Shown here in pieces: positions 63,255-64,000 of a DNA stretch of 64,000 nucleotides. Position 1 is the stretch's first letter. The number at the start of each line of letters is the position of its first letter. The notes under the pieces were generated by a model that was not told where the DNA came from, did no database searches, and saw only the letters and a list, made by a program, of their open reading frames with translations. The DNA is taken from positions 11,532,001 to 11,596,000 of the forward strand of contig CM059432.1 in NCBI GenBank assembly GCA_030390025.1, given 5' to 3'. Position numbers and translations under genes: made by a program. Source of the stretch: Squalus acanthias (Eukaryota).

Positions 63255-64000
63255 GACCATCGGGTCATAATCTACGGATAACGGGTAAACCATTTAGGAC
63301 AGAAATGAGGAGGAATTTCTTCACCCAGAGAGTGGTGAACCTGTGGAATTCTCTACCACAGAAGGTAGTTGAGGCGAAGTCATTAAATATATTCAAGGAT
63401 GAGTTAGATATATTTCTTAAAGCTAAAGGTATCAAGGGATATGGGGAGAAGGCAGGTACAGGGTACTGAGTTTAGATGATCAGCCATGATCTCATCGAAT
63501 GGCGGAGCAGGCTCAAGGGGCCGAATGGCCTACTCCTGCTCCTATCTTCTATGTTTCTATGTTTCTATATTTTTTTACGCAGCGAGTTGCTGTGATCTGG
63601 AATGCACTGCCTGAAAGGGCGGTTTAGAATAATGAGAGTTGATCTCATTGAAATGTATAAGATTCTGAGGGGGATTGACAGGGTAGATGCTGAGAGATTG
63701 TTTCCCCAGCCTGGGGAGTCTAGAACCAGGGTCACAGTCTCAGAATAAGGGGTCGACCATTTAGGACAGAGATGAGGAGAAAGTTCTTCACTCAAAGGGT
63801 TGTGAATCTTTGGAATTCTCTACCCCAGAGGCGCTGTGGATGCTCAGTCGTTGAGTATATTCAAGACAGAGATTGATAAACTTTTGGGAACTAAGTGAAT
63901 TAAGGGATATGGGGATCGGGCGGGAAGGTGGAGTTGTGGTAGAAGATCAGTCATGATCTTCTTGAATGGCGGAGCAGGCTCGAGGGGCCGAGTGGCCTAC
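63255..64000 (+). mobile_element. Two further CR1 3' ends (63255-63568 and 63625-64000, the latter cut by the window end)
   Basis: FRTEMRRNFFTQRVV motifs and 3' UTR hairpins. Confidence 0.85.

Larger units (their letters stand above)
59527..63625 (+). mobile_element. CR1 LINE broken into pieces (59527-59978, 60826-61211, 63019-63242, ~63570-63625) by a MITE, an RTE and another CR1
   Basis: Consecutive RT motifs continue across each insertion. Confidence 0.83.

Noticed and set aside
34287..64000. SPIRE1 exon 3 (expected VIESLG...YKALDYGL-like peptide)
   Set aside because: No such peptide appears in the ORF track or by eye. It is presumably downstream of the window, though I cannot exclude missing it without a TBLASTN.

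Overview
This is vertebrate genomic DNA, almost certainly from a cartilaginous fish (shark): it carries HE1-type V-SINEs, SacSINE1-like DeuSINEs and very abundant CR1 LINEs. The only host gene I can support is the 5' end of SPIRE1 (actin nucleator, KIND domain) on the + strand. Coding exon 1 is 8316-8601 and a 35-nt exon 2 is at 34252-34286. Exon 3 is not visible, so intron 1 is about 25.6 kb and intron 2 is longer than 29 kb. Almost all other ORFs in the track are fragments or antisense shadows of transposable elements. These include CR1, L2, RTE and Vingi LINEs, tRNA-derived SINEs, a solo LTR, Harbinger-like and Tc1/mariner-like MITEs, and short Penelope-like pieces, often nested several layers deep. 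The most interesting non-coding signal is a set of minimal type I hammerhead ribozyme motifs with covarying stems, in six short Penelope-like insertions. Several of these have 13-bp target-site duplications (TSDs), and one is a 127-bp-arm palindrome with a hammerhead on each strand. Hammerheads in Penelope elements are a known class, so novelty here is limited to these particular families and architectures. TE boundaries are approximate unless a TSD or terminal inverted repeat (TIR) is quoted. All family names come from pattern recognition, not database searches.
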